42,624 nt of DNA. Origin: an uncultured Phycisphaerales bacterium (GTDB lineage Bacteria; Planctomycetota; Phycisphaerae; WQYP01). The stretch spans positions 1 to 42,624 of the forward strand of contig CAIMWO010000093.1 of assembly GCA_903845195.1 (NCBI GenBank). The letters run 5' to 3'. The notes beneath the pieces were generated by a model that saw only the letters and a list, made by a program, of their open reading frames with translations, did not search any database and was not told the DNA's origin. Positions 20,828 to 30,276 of the stretch are shown here, piece by piece (within the stretch, counting starts at the first letter, position 1; every line of letters begins with the position of its first letter). A program made the position numbers and the translations under genes.

Positions 20828-22879
20828 ATGCCCCAAATCTCCTTCGACTCCCGCGCCATCCTCATCGACCAACAGCGTATCCTCCTCCTCTCCGGTTCGA
20901 TCCATTACCCCCGCTCCACTCCCGAAATGTGGCCCCACCTCTTCCAAAAACTTCGCGCCGCCGGCCTCAACACCGTCGAAACCTACGCCTTCTGGAACCT
21001 GCACGAAAAACAGCAGGGCCACATCGATTTCTCCGGCCGCCTCGACCTCGCCCACTTCTGCCGCCTCGCCCAGCAGCACGGCCTGCACGTCTTCCTCCGT
21101 ATCGGCCCCTACATCTGCGCCGAAACCAACTTCGGCGGATTCCCCCCCTGGCTCCGCGACGTCCCCAACATCCAGATGCGCACCGACAATCAACCCTTCA
21201 AAGCCGCTATGACCGCCTGGGTCACACGCCTCTGCGATTACCTCCGCCCGCTCTTCGCCCCGAGCGGCGGTCCCATCATCCTCGCCGGCATCGAAAACGA
21301 ATATGGCAATATCTCCCAACACTACGGCGCCGCCGGCATACGCTACCTCGAATACTGCCGCGACCTGGCCAACTCCCTCCACCTCGGCATCCCCCTCACC
21401 ATGTGCAACGGCGATGTCCCCGGCGCCCTCACCACCCACAACGCCCTCTGGGGTCACGGCAAACTCGATGAACACTATGCCAAACACCCCGACCAACCCG
21501 TCCTCTGGACCGAAAACTGGCCCGGCTGGTACGACACCTACGGTTACGCCCGCCATCTCCGCTCCACCACCGATATGACCTACCTCCTCGCCCGCTTCTT
21601 CGCCGGCGGCGGCACCGGCGCCAACTACTACATGTTCCACGGCGGCACCAACTTCGACCGCGTATCCATGTACCTCCAAACCGCTACCTACGATTTCGAC
21701 GCACCGCTCGACGAGTACGGCCTCGAAACCACCAAGTACCACGCCCTCGCCAAACTCCACCACCTCCTGGCCGAGCACGCCCCCGAACTGCTCGCCCAAA
21801 ATCCCCCTGCCCCCCTCACCCTCGGCGAAAAACAACTCGCCTTCACCTACGCCCCCTCCTCGCCCAACCCCCTCACCTTCCTCTGCAATGATGAGGAGTC
21901 CGCCCCCGCCCATATCACCTTCGCCGGCGAATCCTACGACCTCGCGCCCTACTCCGTCCAGATCCTCTCCGGTTCCCGCCTCCTGCTCGACACCGCGCAA
22001 CTAGACCCCGCCCATATCATCACCCGCCACATGGAACCCCTCGCCACGCTTCCCCCCTTCGAAGCCTCACCCGAACCGCTCCCCGCTCACCGTTCCGCCG
22101 GCCTCGCCGCGCCCGAACCCCTCGAACAACTCCGCCTCACCCAAGACCGCTCCGACTACTGCTGGTACTCCTCCACCTTCACTTCCACCGCGCCCACGAC
22201 GACTCTCACCCTCGATGGCGTCGCCGATTTTGTATCGGTCTACGTCGACGGCCAGCTTCATGCCACCACCGCCACGCCCCTCGTCGAAAACCGCACCCTC
22301 CAGGACCACAAAGATTTCACCCAAACCTTTACGCTCCGCTTGCCCCCCGGCCATCACCGCCTCGACCTCCTCTGCTGCGCCCTGGGCCTGATCAAAGGTG
22401 ACTGGATGCTCGGCTTCAAAAACATGGCCGAAGAACGCAAAGGCCTCTTCGGCCGCGCCCTCATCGATGACCAGCCGCTCTCCAACTGGACCATGCACCC
22501 CATGCTCCAGGGCGAACTGACGCCCCCCTCATCCTGGACGCACTTCGATCCCCACAACCCGTCACCATGGTCCCCCCTCTGGCTCCGCACCACCTTCCCC
22601 CGCCCCGACACCCCCCATCCCCTGGCGCTCGATCTCCTCGGCCAAACCAAAGGACTCATCTTCATCAACGGCCGCTGCCTCTCCCGCTACTGGCTCCTCA
22701 CCGCCACCATCGCCAATCCCATCTCACCGTTTCCCCCCATGACCCCCGCTGGCCTGGGCGAACCCACCCAACGCTACTACCACCTCCCCCAATCCTTCCT
22801 CGCCCCCCACAACACCCTCACCCTCTTCTCCGAACTCCCCACCCCCGCCCCCACCATCCAACTCTGCCGCCGCATCTAA
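20828..22879 (+). CDS. Beta-galactosidase, glycoside hydrolase family 35.
   Basis: GH35 N-terminal catalytic domain (SGSIHYPRSTPEMW, TVETYAFWNLHE, GPYICAETNFGGFP, GIENEYG). The protein is 683 aa. Confidence 0.9.
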   Translation: MPQISFDSRAILIDQQRILLLSGSIHYPRSTPEMWPHLFQKLRAAGLNTVETYAFWNLHEKQQGHIDFSGRLDLAHFCRLAQQHGLHVFLRIGPYICAETNFGGFPPWLRDVPNIQMRTDNQPFKAAMTAWVTRLCDYLRPLFAPSGGPIILAGIENEYGNISQHYGAAGIRYLEYCRDLANSLHLGIPLTMCNGDVPGALTTHNALWGHGKLDEHYAKHPDQPVLWTENWPGWYDTYGYARHLRSTTDMTYLLARFFAGGGTGANYYMFHGGTNFDRVSMYLQTATYDFDAPLDEYGLETTKYHALAKLHHLLAEHAPELLAQNPPAPLTLGEKQLAFTYAPSSPNPLTFLCNDEESAPAHITFAGESYDLAPYSVQILSGSRLLLDTAQLDPAHIITRHMEPLATLPPFEASPEPLPAHRSAGLAAPEPLEQLRLTQDRSDYCWYSSTFTSTAPTTTLTLDGVADFVSVYVDGQLHATTATPLVENRTLQDHKDFTQTFTLRLPPGHHRLDLLCCALGLIKGDWMLGFKNMAEERKGLFGRALIDDQPLSNWTMHPMLQGELTPPSSWTHFDPHNPSPWSPLWLRTTFPRPDTPHPLALDLLGQTKGLIFINGRCLSRYWLLTATIANPISPFPPMTPAGLGEPTQRYYHLPQSFLAPHNTLTLFSELPTPAPTIQLCRRI

Positions 22880-22898
22880 AACATTCGCCGCCCAACCC

Positions 22899-22977
22899 TT
22901 GAAAATTGAAAACTGAAAATTGGAACCCGCCCCTCCACCCTCCTTCTGAATTCCGAACTCTGAATTCTGAATTCGCC
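22899..22977. repeat. A-rich heptad repeat (ttgaaaattgaaaactgaaaattgg) followed by a ctgaattc x3 repeat, in a convergent intergenic region.
   Basis: The TGAAAAY family element sits 20 nt after the GH35 stop. Tandem GAATTC-containing octamers lie at 22944-22977. Confidence 0.75.
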
Positions 22978-22989
22978 ATCCCCTTCCCT

Positions 22990-23475
22990 TCACCCGATCT
23001 TATCAAACGTCACCTGTGTCCTCTTCTCATCGGCGAACCGCGCGTAGTAAACCCGCACGTTCAGTCCAAACTGCGAGAGCAACCGCGTGAAGATCCCCGG
23101 CAGATTCCCAAGATCATGAAGCATCTGTTCTTCGTGCTCGCGCCCCCCGGTGACACGGTCGGTAAGCGTATGATAAAAGCCACAGTCTTCATGATTGATC
23201 AAGACGATCTGCCGGATCTCGCCGAAGCGTTCGAGCAGCGATTCGATGCGCCCCACTAGAAACGCAAAATCCTTGGGCAGGCGTTCCGGATGCGAAAAAC
23301 CCGCCGCCCCGCCCCGAATCACCACCGGCACGTATTCGCCGTCCTGCAGGTGCAGCTCGTCCTCAATAAACTTACGAAACGCAATCTGAAACCGCGGATC
23401 GCTGCAATGCACGACCAGCGTCGTCGGTTTCGGGCTGGCCACAACCGCGTATGTCTTTGTTCCGGTCTCCGTCAT
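22990..23475 (-). CDS. Hypothetical protein with a beta-carbonic-anhydrase-like metal-ligand motif pair (HCSDPR ... HEDCG). Start set at the internal Met (MTETGTKTY) with an AGGAG RBS.
   Basis: The CxDxR and HxxC motifs are spaced ~60 aa apart, as in beta-CA zinc sites. The rest is not confidently assignable. It lies 62 nt downstream of flotillin on the same strand. Confidence 0.55.
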   Translation of the reverse strand: MTETGTKTYAVVASPKPTTLVVHCSDPRFQIAFRKFIEDELHLQDGEYVPVVIRGGAAGFSHPERLPKDFAFLVGRIESLLERFGEIRQIVLINHEDCGFYHTLTDRVTGGREHEEQMLHDLGNLPGIFTRLLSQFGLNVRVYYARFADEKRTQVTFDKIG

Positions 23476-23570
23476 GCGGGAACTCCTGCGGGACGATTCG
23501 TTCAACACCGCGGCACACGGAACGCTGCACGAAACTCAGCATCGTCGCGCCGCCGCGCTCATGCATCAAC

Positions 23571-25376
23571 TTACGCCTTCGCCGGCGTTGTCGGCACCGG
23601 CTTCGCGGGTGTCGGAACGATCGGGCTCAGCCCAGTGCTCGCCGCCGGCGGAGTCGTGATCGATCCGAGAATCTCATCAAGCCCCTTGGCATCGATACCC
23701 AGTTTCTCCAGGGCCGGGCCCGGGTTGATGCCGCGCGCCTTAAGTTGTGTGAAGAAATTGAGCACCAGGTTGGGAATGGTATTGCCGAAGCGCTCCAGGC
23801 CGTCGGCCTTGCCGTTTCCGTTGCTCCCGCCGCCCATATCGATGATGCGCACCTCGTCGATGCCCTGCATCGCGTGCCCGAGCGGTTCGAAAATCGCCGC
23901 CGCCACTTTCGCCGCGGCATCCCCGCCCCTGTCGAACAACGCCGGCAGACGATCCAGCACCAGAATCAGACGTGCGTCCGTGCTCATCTGACCCAAGGCT
24001 TCGGCCAGCTTCAGCGTGCCCTCGGCCTCGGCCAGCAGCACCTTGCCCTTCATCGCCGCCTGACCTTCCGCTTGCGCCATCAGCAACTGCTTCGTCCCTT
24101 CAGCCTCGGCAACCAGCAACGCTTTCTTCTTCGCCGCATCGCCTTCCGCCTGGGCCACCAGAACCGCCTTGGTCTTCGACGCTTCACCTTCGCCCTGCGC
24201 TATCTGCGCCGATCGTGCACCGTCGGCTTCCAGAACCGCACGCTGCTTGGTGGCCTCGGCCTGCAGAATCGCCACGCTCTTGGCCGCCTCCGCGTTGATG
24301 ACCGACTGCTGCTGCGCCGCTTGCGCTTCGATGATGGCCTTCTCCTTGGCCGCCTCGGCCGGGCGAATCACCGTGGCCACAAGTTCCTGCTCCTTCCGCA
24401 TCGCTTCCTTCTGCGCCACCAGCACCTGCGCCTCACGCTGCGCCGCGTCACGCTCCGCCTCCTTCACCAGCAGGATCTGCTCCTGCAACGCCGTCGCAAT
24501 CGCCAGCGCCTTGTCCGCCTTGGCCAACTCGCTGTCGGCCACCACCTTGAACTGCGCCTTCTTCACGTCCCGATCTCGTTCCGCCTCGGCAACCGCCACG
24601 GCGTTCTGCGCCTGCACCACCGAAGCCTCACGCGCCGCATCGCTGACCTTCTTCTTCGTCGCCGAATCCGCCTCGGCCACCTTGATGTTCGCGTCACGCA
24701 CCGCCTCGGCCACCGCCTGCTTGCCCAATGCGTCGATATACCCGTACTGGTCCGTCACTTCCTGGATCACCAGCGTGATCACCTGGATCCCCAGCCGATG
24801 CAACTCTTCCGCCGATTCGTCCACCACCTTGCGGTTGAACGTGTCCCGCTCGCGCAGAATTTCCTGAATGCTCAGCTTCCCGATGATCGAACGCAGGTGC
24901 CCCTGCAGGATGTTCCGGACGAACTCGAGAATCTGCTGATCCGTCTTGCCCAGGAACGCCATCGCGGCGTTGTGCACGTCTTCCGGCGCCGTCGAAATCT
25001 TGATGCTCGCAACGCCGCGCACGTTGATCTGCACGTTGTCCTTGTTCGGTATCTTCGTCTCGTCGATCTCGGACTGCTGGGCCGCCGTCGACATCACCTG
25101 CAGGTGCTCGACGATCGGGTACAGCAGCGCGCCGCCGCCGGCCACCACGCGAAAACCCCGGTACGCCGTCTTGCCGTCAGCGTCCGTGTACTTGTACTTG
25201 CGGCCGTAGAAAATACCCACCGCGTTGGGCGGAATCTTCTTGTAACGGGTGGCCATCGTGTAAACCACCACCACGAACGCCACCGCGATGATGACGATGA
25301 CGAATGGAATCAGCAGCCCCCCCAATGACTTGCTGAAATTCGCGGATTCCTGTGCCAGGATCTGCAGACTGACCAT
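23571..25376 (-). CDS. Flotillin-family SPFH/band-7 protein (YqiK/FloT-like).
   Basis: N-terminal TM helix, SPFH domain and a long Ala/Glu-rich coiled-coil with flotillin-type repeats (AEAEG...). The protein is 601 aa. Confidence 0.85.
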   Translation of the reverse strand: MVSLQILAQESANFSKSLGGLLIPFVIVIIAVAFVVVVYTMATRYKKIPPNAVGIFYGRKYKYTDADGKTAYRGFRVVAGGGALLYPIVEHLQVMSTAAQQSEIDETKIPNKDNVQINVRGVASIKISTAPEDVHNAAMAFLGKTDQQILEFVRNILQGHLRSIIGKLSIQEILRERDTFNRKVVDESAEELHRLGIQVITLVIQEVTDQYGYIDALGKQAVAEAVRDANIKVAEADSATKKKVSDAAREASVVQAQNAVAVAEAERDRDVKKAQFKVVADSELAKADKALAIATALQEQILLVKEAERDAAQREAQVLVAQKEAMRKEQELVATVIRPAEAAKEKAIIEAQAAQQQSVINAEAAKSVAILQAEATKQRAVLEADGARSAQIAQGEGEASKTKAVLVAQAEGDAAKKKALLVAEAEGTKQLLMAQAEGQAAMKGKVLLAEAEGTLKLAEALGQMSTDARLILVLDRLPALFDRGGDAAAKVAAAIFEPLGHAMQGIDEVRIIDMGGGSNGNGKADGLERFGNTIPNLVLNFFTQLKARGINPGPALEKLGIDAKGLDEILGSITTPPAASTGLSPIVPTPAKPVPTTPAKA

Positions 25377-25405
25377 GATGATCTCCTTTGAGACTCGACT
25401 TCGTT

Positions 25406-25933
25406 TCAGGCCTTCTCGACCACAAGTTCACTTCCAACCGTGCTCACCACGCGGACCGTCGCCCCCCGGGGAAGAGACTGCCCGTTGGCGGATTTCGCGG
25501 TGAAATTCATGTACTGGCCCGCAGCGCTTACCCCGACTTCGCCGAGACTGCTGCTCTCAATCGAAACGGTCACCGTGCCCGACGCGCCCACCAGCGAATT
25601 GGTCGGCACCAGCGACGAAGACTGCTGCTTGCTGATCAAACTCAAAAACCCGTACATCACCAGTCCCAGCACCACGCCCGCAATCACGCCGTAAAGCGAG
25701 GAGACCGGGTAACTGCATTCGTAATGCCGCGCAATGGCACCCACCCCGCCGAAACCCATCGCAAACGTGCAGATGACTTTCGTCGAAAATATGCTCACCG
25801 TGTGCTCGGTGACCGCATCGCCATGATCGATCCCGTGATCCACGGCGCCGCCGGCATCATGGTCGTGACCGAACATGAACGCGCCCGCCAGAACGACAAA
25901 CGCAGCCACCGCGATCGAGAGGAAAATCAGCAT
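25406..25933 (-). CDS. NfeD-like membrane protein (YqiJ-like partner of flotillin).
   Basis: N-terminal TM helices plus a C-terminal OB-fold-like beta domain (GTVTVSIESSSLGEVGVSAAGQYMNFTAKSANGQSLPRGATVRVVS). It sits immediately upstream of the flotillin gene, the classic NfeD-SPFH operon. Confidence 0.7.
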   Translation of the reverse strand: MLIFLSIAVAAFVVLAGAFMFGHDHDAGGAVDHGIDHGDAVTEHTVSIFSTKVICTFAMGFGGVGAIARHYECSYPVSSLYGVIAGVVLGLVMYGFLSLISKQQSSSLVPTNSLVGASGTVTVSIESSSLGEVGVSAAGQYMNFTAKSANGQSLPRGATVRVVSTVGSELVVEKA

Positions 25934-26239
25934 GTCACTCTCCTTTTACGGAACGACCGCCGGAAAAAGCAAAGCGCGGCATTATGTGCGGGAATCGCAA
26001 ACCTTTTGCGGAGAATTGAAAGGCGGACATCATTTCACGCTCCAGGATGCTCATTGCCGCCGCCGGCTCTTATGCAGGAACGCCATCAGCTTCCCGCTCG
26101 TCAGAGAAGAAGAATGCCTTCCTTCCCGACGCAATATAACACCGATAGCCACAGCAGCAAGGGCGGCATTTCCCTCGCGCACAACAACCGACTACCCCCG
26201 CCGCTTGACCGAGCTAAGTGCCTCGGTTAATCCCCTGCT

Positions 26240-27145
26240 ATGCAACTGCAAAGCCCCCTCCCATCGCTCTCACGCTACACCTTCGGCACCGGCCGCATCC
26301 GCGCCACCGCTGATTCCTTTGCGGCCGATGTAAAATTGGTGCGGGGCGTCATGGAAACCGGCGTGGCCATCCATACCAGTTCAGACTATGGACATGGCGG
26401 CCATGATGTGCAACCGTTCGGCGGCGGCCAAACGCTCAAAGTCCTTCACGCCGCCTTCGCCGAGGCGCCCACGCAAATTCCTAAAATCGTCGTCAAGCTC
26501 TACTGCGCCACGGTCGACAACGCCCGCGGCCACCTCGAACTGATCCTCCGCGGCTTGGGAGTCGATCGCATTGACGTCGCTCAACTCTGCACCTGGGCCG
26601 ATTTCGCCGATGACTTTCGCCAACAAGGGCCGCGCTGGCAGGTGTTCAAGGAGTTCAAGGAAAAGCGACTCATTGGCAACTACGTCGCCGAGATCTTTTC
26701 GCCCTGGTCGCAAAATGCCCTGCCCGTCATCCAGGAAGAGTTGGTCGATGCCGCCATTTTCTACTACAACCTCGTCGATCGGCAGGTCAACAACGAAGTG
26801 TGGGATCTGATCGAAGCAAAGAAAACCAAAGTGTTCGCACTGCGGACGCTCGGCGGAATCTGTCCGGATCTGGACCGCGTCGAAGTGGTCGCGACCAACG
26901 CGGGCGCGGACCCGATGCGCTCCATGCTCGCCGCGCTCCAGGGGCTCTACAAGCAGTCGGGCTGCCGAAACTGGGTGGAGTTCAGCATGCGGTTCGCTCT
27001 GAGCATCCCCAACGTTCTCACCACCATCGGCGCCACCAATAACCTCCACCACGTCCACGCCTTCCTCGCGGCAGAGCGGGCCTTCCAACCGCTGCCGCAG
27101 GATGTGATGCAGCAAATCAAAACCCTGCATCGGCAGTGGTTCTAG
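26240..27145 (+). CDS. Aldo/keto reductase-like protein (divergent).
   Basis: Weak AKR signatures (SRYTFGTG near the N-terminus; LGVDRIDVAQLCTW resembles the AKR 'LDRIDLYQIH' region). Assignment is tentative. Confidence 0.45.
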   Translation: MQLQSPLPSLSRYTFGTGRIRATADSFAADVKLVRGVMETGVAIHTSSDYGHGGHDVQPFGGGQTLKVLHAAFAEAPTQIPKIVVKLYCATVDNARGHLELILRGLGVDRIDVAQLCTWADFADDFRQQGPRWQVFKEFKEKRLIGNYVAEIFSPWSQNALPVIQEELVDAAIFYYNLVDRQVNNEVWDLIEAKKTKVFALRTLGGICPDLDRVEVVATNAGADPMRSMLAALQGLYKQSGCRNWVEFSMRFALSIPNVLTTIGATNNLHHVHAFLAAERAFQPLPQDVMQQIKTLHRQWF

Positions 27146-27161
27146 GCCAAGGCTTATCTTT

Positions 27162-27974
27162 ATGAATCAGAACCCCCTCACGCCAACGGTAACCAACTGG
27201 GACGAACAGCGTCGAAGCTTCGATCGGGTGGCGGAGGCCTACGACACGTTCCGGCCTGGTTATCCTCGCGAGCTCATTGCGGCCATCGTCGCGGCCGCCG
27301 CACTCCGGGCCGAGTCGCGGCTCCTGGAAATTGGCAGCGGAACGGGCAAGGCTACCGCGGAGTTTGCGTCGCTGGGCTGCTCGATTTTGGGCGTAGAGCC
27401 CGGACCCGAACTGGCCGCGGTGGCGGCACGGCGTCTGGCAGCTTTTCCACGAGTGACCTTTCAGCAGGCCCGCTTTGAAGACTGCACGCTGCCACCGGAG
27501 CCTTTTGACCTGGTATTCTCAGCGCAGGCGTTTCACTGGGTTACGCCCGAGGTTGGTCTGACCAAGGCCGCCGAAGCTCTGAAGCCGGGCGGCTGGCTGG
27601 CGTTGTTCTGGAACCGCTATCCGGGCATGGTGGGAGCCTTGGCGCAGGAGATCCAAGAGGCTTATGACGGCTTGGGCGTGGCGTCGATGGTAACGCCCGA
27701 TTACGCACAGAAGATGGAGCGCGACATTCGCGAGCGGCAGGAACACCTGGAGCGCTCGGGGCTGTTCTCCGGGCTCCAAGTGTTGCGCTTCGCATGGTCC
27801 GTCCAGTACACCGCGCAGCAATACCTCGGGCTGTTGGGCACATACTCGGACCACATCACGCTGCCCGCCACGCAGCGGGCCGCGTTGTTCGCGGGCGTCG
27901 CGGCCGCCATTGAACGCCACGGCGGGTTAATCGACCGGCCTTATGTGGCTGTGCTGCACTTGGCGCAGCGGTGA
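27162..27974 (+). CDS. Class I SAM-dependent methyltransferase.
   Basis: SAM-binding motif LLEIGSGTGKAT, acidic loop ILGVEPGPEL and motif post-I LKPGGWLALFW. Confidence 0.85.
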   Translation: MNQNPLTPTVTNWDEQRRSFDRVAEAYDTFRPGYPRELIAAIVAAAALRAESRLLEIGSGTGKATAEFASLGCSILGVEPGPELAAVAARRLAAFPRVTFQQARFEDCTLPPEPFDLVFSAQAFHWVTPEVGLTKAAEALKPGGWLALFWNRYPGMVGALAQEIQEAYDGLGVASMVTPDYAQKMERDIRERQEHLERSGLFSGLQVLRFAWSVQYTAQQYLGLLGTYSDHITLPATQRAALFAGVAAAIERHGGLIDRPYVAVLHLAQR

Positions 27975-27992
27975 GCGCGGTGCGCCGGGTGC

Positions 27993-28027
27993 CATGGTCT
28001 TGGCACTATCTCGGTGCCAAGACCATG
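27993..28027. terminator. Perfect 14-bp stem hairpin (catggtcttggcac-tatctcg-gtgccaagaccatg) 19 nt after the methyltransferase stop.
   Basis: Inverted repeat seen directly. No U-tract follows, so it is rho-independent-like at best. Confidence 0.5.
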
Positions 28028-28289
28028 CCGATGGCGCCTCGTAATCGGATCCCGCGTCCATTTCACAATTTCGACCAGACATTGGCCTGGCCACGGAGGG
28101 TCACCGAAACCCGAAACGCACCGTGAACCCCGTATCGCATAACTCTTAACTCGTCATACCTGCGTGTCCCCCGTGAAGTGGTTTCACCCCGTTGCGATTG
28201 CCTAAACTCTCACACATCCATGCGCAACCATATCATCCCCCATCCTCCCCAAAAGAAAAATAATCTCATCGCTAACTCCCGCCCCTCCC

Positions 28290-28830
28290 AACACCTACCG
28301 CCTCTCCCCTCCACACTTGCGCGCACAAACATGGTCCTCCACCTCTTCTATAGAAGGACGAACCACGGTCCACGGCCCACGCCCGGAGCCCCCTATGCGA
28401 TGCCAGCATCCATTCTCCCCCCGTGAAAATTGGAAATTGATAATTGAAAATTTCCCCCATCGTCCGTCGTGCCACCGTGTCGTCGTGGTTCCCTTCCGCC
28501 TCGCGCAAAAAACCTGCGCATCTCTCTCTGAAAAGATCCCCACCTCGCCGAAGCCGAGGAACCAGCAACACTTACGAAAACAAAACGAAAAAGGACCTCT
28601 GCGCAGGTGCGCAAAAAACCTTGCGCATCTCCCCCTGAAAATCTGCGCAGGTGCGCAACCCCCCACGGCCCACGGACCACGACCCACGGCCAACGAACCC
28701 CCTTCCCCCCATGAAAATTGTAAAGTGAAAATTGAAAATTCGCTCCCCATTCGTGTCCATTTGTGGTCCGTCCCCGTCGTGCCGTCGTGCCGTCGCGGCG
28801 TCGCCGTTCAATCCGATGTCTCTCAAAACT
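28290..28830. repeat. Complex non-coding repeat region. Two tandem imperfect copies of a ~250-bp composite unit: (CCACGGCC)n, then a TGAAAAY A-rich block, then a gtcgtgcc(r)tcgtg block. Between them is an internal duplicated unit gcgcaaaaaacctgcgcatctc...ctgaaaa / ctgcgcaggtgcgcaa.
   Basis: Direct repeats seen on manual alignment: 28367-28385 vs 28660-28700; 28423-28453 vs 28711-28740; 28460-28495 vs 28745-28800; 28500-28535 vs 28605-28640; 28596-28613 vs 28643-28660. Confidence 0.7.
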
Positions 28831-29070
28831 CATGCGCACCTTGGGAAACTCATAAGAATCTTGGGAGAAAATCACATGTTTTCCGAAAAATTCATGAGTA
28901 TCTTGGGCAAAACTCGCACTTTTGCACCAAAATACCCGCAAAAACGCCTCCATTTTCCCATCCTTCGTGCCTGGGTACCTTGGCGTTTCCATCCCCCCGC
29001 CCCGCACCGTCACAATTTCTCGCACCGAAGCTCGCCTCTTAAGATACACTTCACCCCCGGAGGCAAACCC

Positions 29071-30270
29071 ATGAAAAACAATCCCCCCATCTTCCTCACA
29101 TCCTGCTTCATCCTCGCCCTCGCCGCCCTCGCCACCACCGCCGCCTCCGCCGACACCCTCAAAGTCGGCCCCAACGAAAAATTCGCCAAACCCTCCGACG
29201 CCTTCAAACTCGCCCACCCTGGCGACACCATCGAAATCGCCCCCGGCTCCTACCCCGGCGATGTCGCCACACTCTCCACCCCCAAACTCACCATCCGCGG
29301 CCTCGGCAAAGAACCCGTCAAAATCCCCGCCGCCGGAAAAAATGCCCAGGGCAAAGCCATCTGGGTCGCCGCCGCCTCCGACCTCACCATCGAAAACATC
29401 GAGTTCTCCGGCGCCCGCGTCCCCGACCGCAACGGCGCCGGCATCCGCGTCGAAGCCCCCAACCTCTCCATCCGCAACTGCCGCTTCATCGATTGCGAAG
29501 ACGGCATCCTCGGCGGCAACGGCGACCTCCTCATCGAACACTGCACCTTCGACCACTGCGGCCCCGTCGCCAACCCCGCCACCCACTCCGTCTACATCTC
29601 CGACCGCTGCACCAAACTCGTCTTTCAATACAACTACTCCACCTTCTCCATCGAAGGCCACCTCCTTAAAACCCGCGCCAAGGAAAGCTGGATCCTCTAC
29701 AACCGCCTCGCCGACGAAAAAGGCACCGGCTCCGCCGTCGCCGATTTTCCCAACGGCGGTTACGTCGTCATGATCGGCAACATCCTCCAAAAAGGAACCA
29801 ACGCCCAGAACACCCGCGTCATCGCCTACGGCATGGAAGGCATCAAACACACCAATAACGCCCTCTTCGTCATCAACAACACCATGGTCTACGAGAACCA
29901 CCGCTCCGGCGCGTTCTTCGTCAACGTCCAGAAAACCCCCGCAGACTTTACCCCCATCATCCGCAACAACCTCTGCGTCGGCACCATCCCCCTGACCAAC
30001 AGTCCCAAGTTCGATGCCACCAATAACCTTCTGCTCAAGACCGTCGGCGAAGCCCACTTCGTCGATCCCGAAAAATTCGATTACCACCTGAAACCCGATT
30101 CGCCCGCCCTCGACAAGGCCGCCGCCCCCGGCAAAGCCGGCGACTTCGACCTGACCCCCAAATTCCAATATCTCCACCCCGCCCAATCCGAAGCTCGCCC
30201 CCTCCTCGCCCCCCTCGACCTCGGCGCTTATGAATGGACCAAGTCCCCCGCTCGCCACTCTGATCCCTGA
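29071..30270 (+). CDS. Secreted right-handed parallel beta-helix repeat protein (pectate-lyase-fold; polysaccharide lyase/hydrolase-like). Start set at the internal Met with a GGAGG RBS, not the ORF-track start at 28732.
   Basis: Signal peptide MKNNPPIFLTSCFILALAALATTAASA. PbH1-type beta-helix repeats (NGAGIRVEAPNLSIRNCRFIDCEDGILGGNGDLLIEHCTFDHCG). Confidence 0.7.
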   Translation: MKNNPPIFLTSCFILALAALATTAASADTLKVGPNEKFAKPSDAFKLAHPGDTIEIAPGSYPGDVATLSTPKLTIRGLGKEPVKIPAAGKNAQGKAIWVAAASDLTIENIEFSGARVPDRNGAGIRVEAPNLSIRNCRFIDCEDGILGGNGDLLIEHCTFDHCGPVANPATHSVYISDRCTKLVFQYNYSTFSIEGHLLKTRAKESWILYNRLADEKGTGSAVADFPNGGYVVMIGNILQKGTNAQNTRVIAYGMEGIKHTNNALFVINNTMVYENHRSGAFFVNVQKTPADFTPIIRNNLCVGTIPLTNSPKFDATNNLLLKTVGEAHFVDPEKFDYHLKPDSPALDKAAAPGKAGDFDLTPKFQYLHPAQSEARPLLAPLDLGAYEWTKSPARHSDP

Positions 30271-30276
30271 CCGCCG

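Noticed and set aside
20795-22000. 401-aa minus-strand ORF opposite the GH35 gene, and the similar 23451-25328 plus-strand ORF opposite flotillin.
   Set aside because: These are antisense artefacts. The sense genes are confidently identified.
7310-28740. Possibility that the recurring repeats represent a CRISPR array.
   Set aside because: Copies are kilobases apart, not regularly spaced with unique spacers, and no cas genes are nearby. They are dispersed REP-like or A-rich elements instead.
28393-30258. 621-aa minus-strand ORF (G/E/V/A-rich) covering the repeat region and the beta-helix gene.
   Set aside because: It is antisense to a well-supported plus-strand gene. Its composition is simply the complement of GC3-rich coding sequence. 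There is no RBS and no domain.
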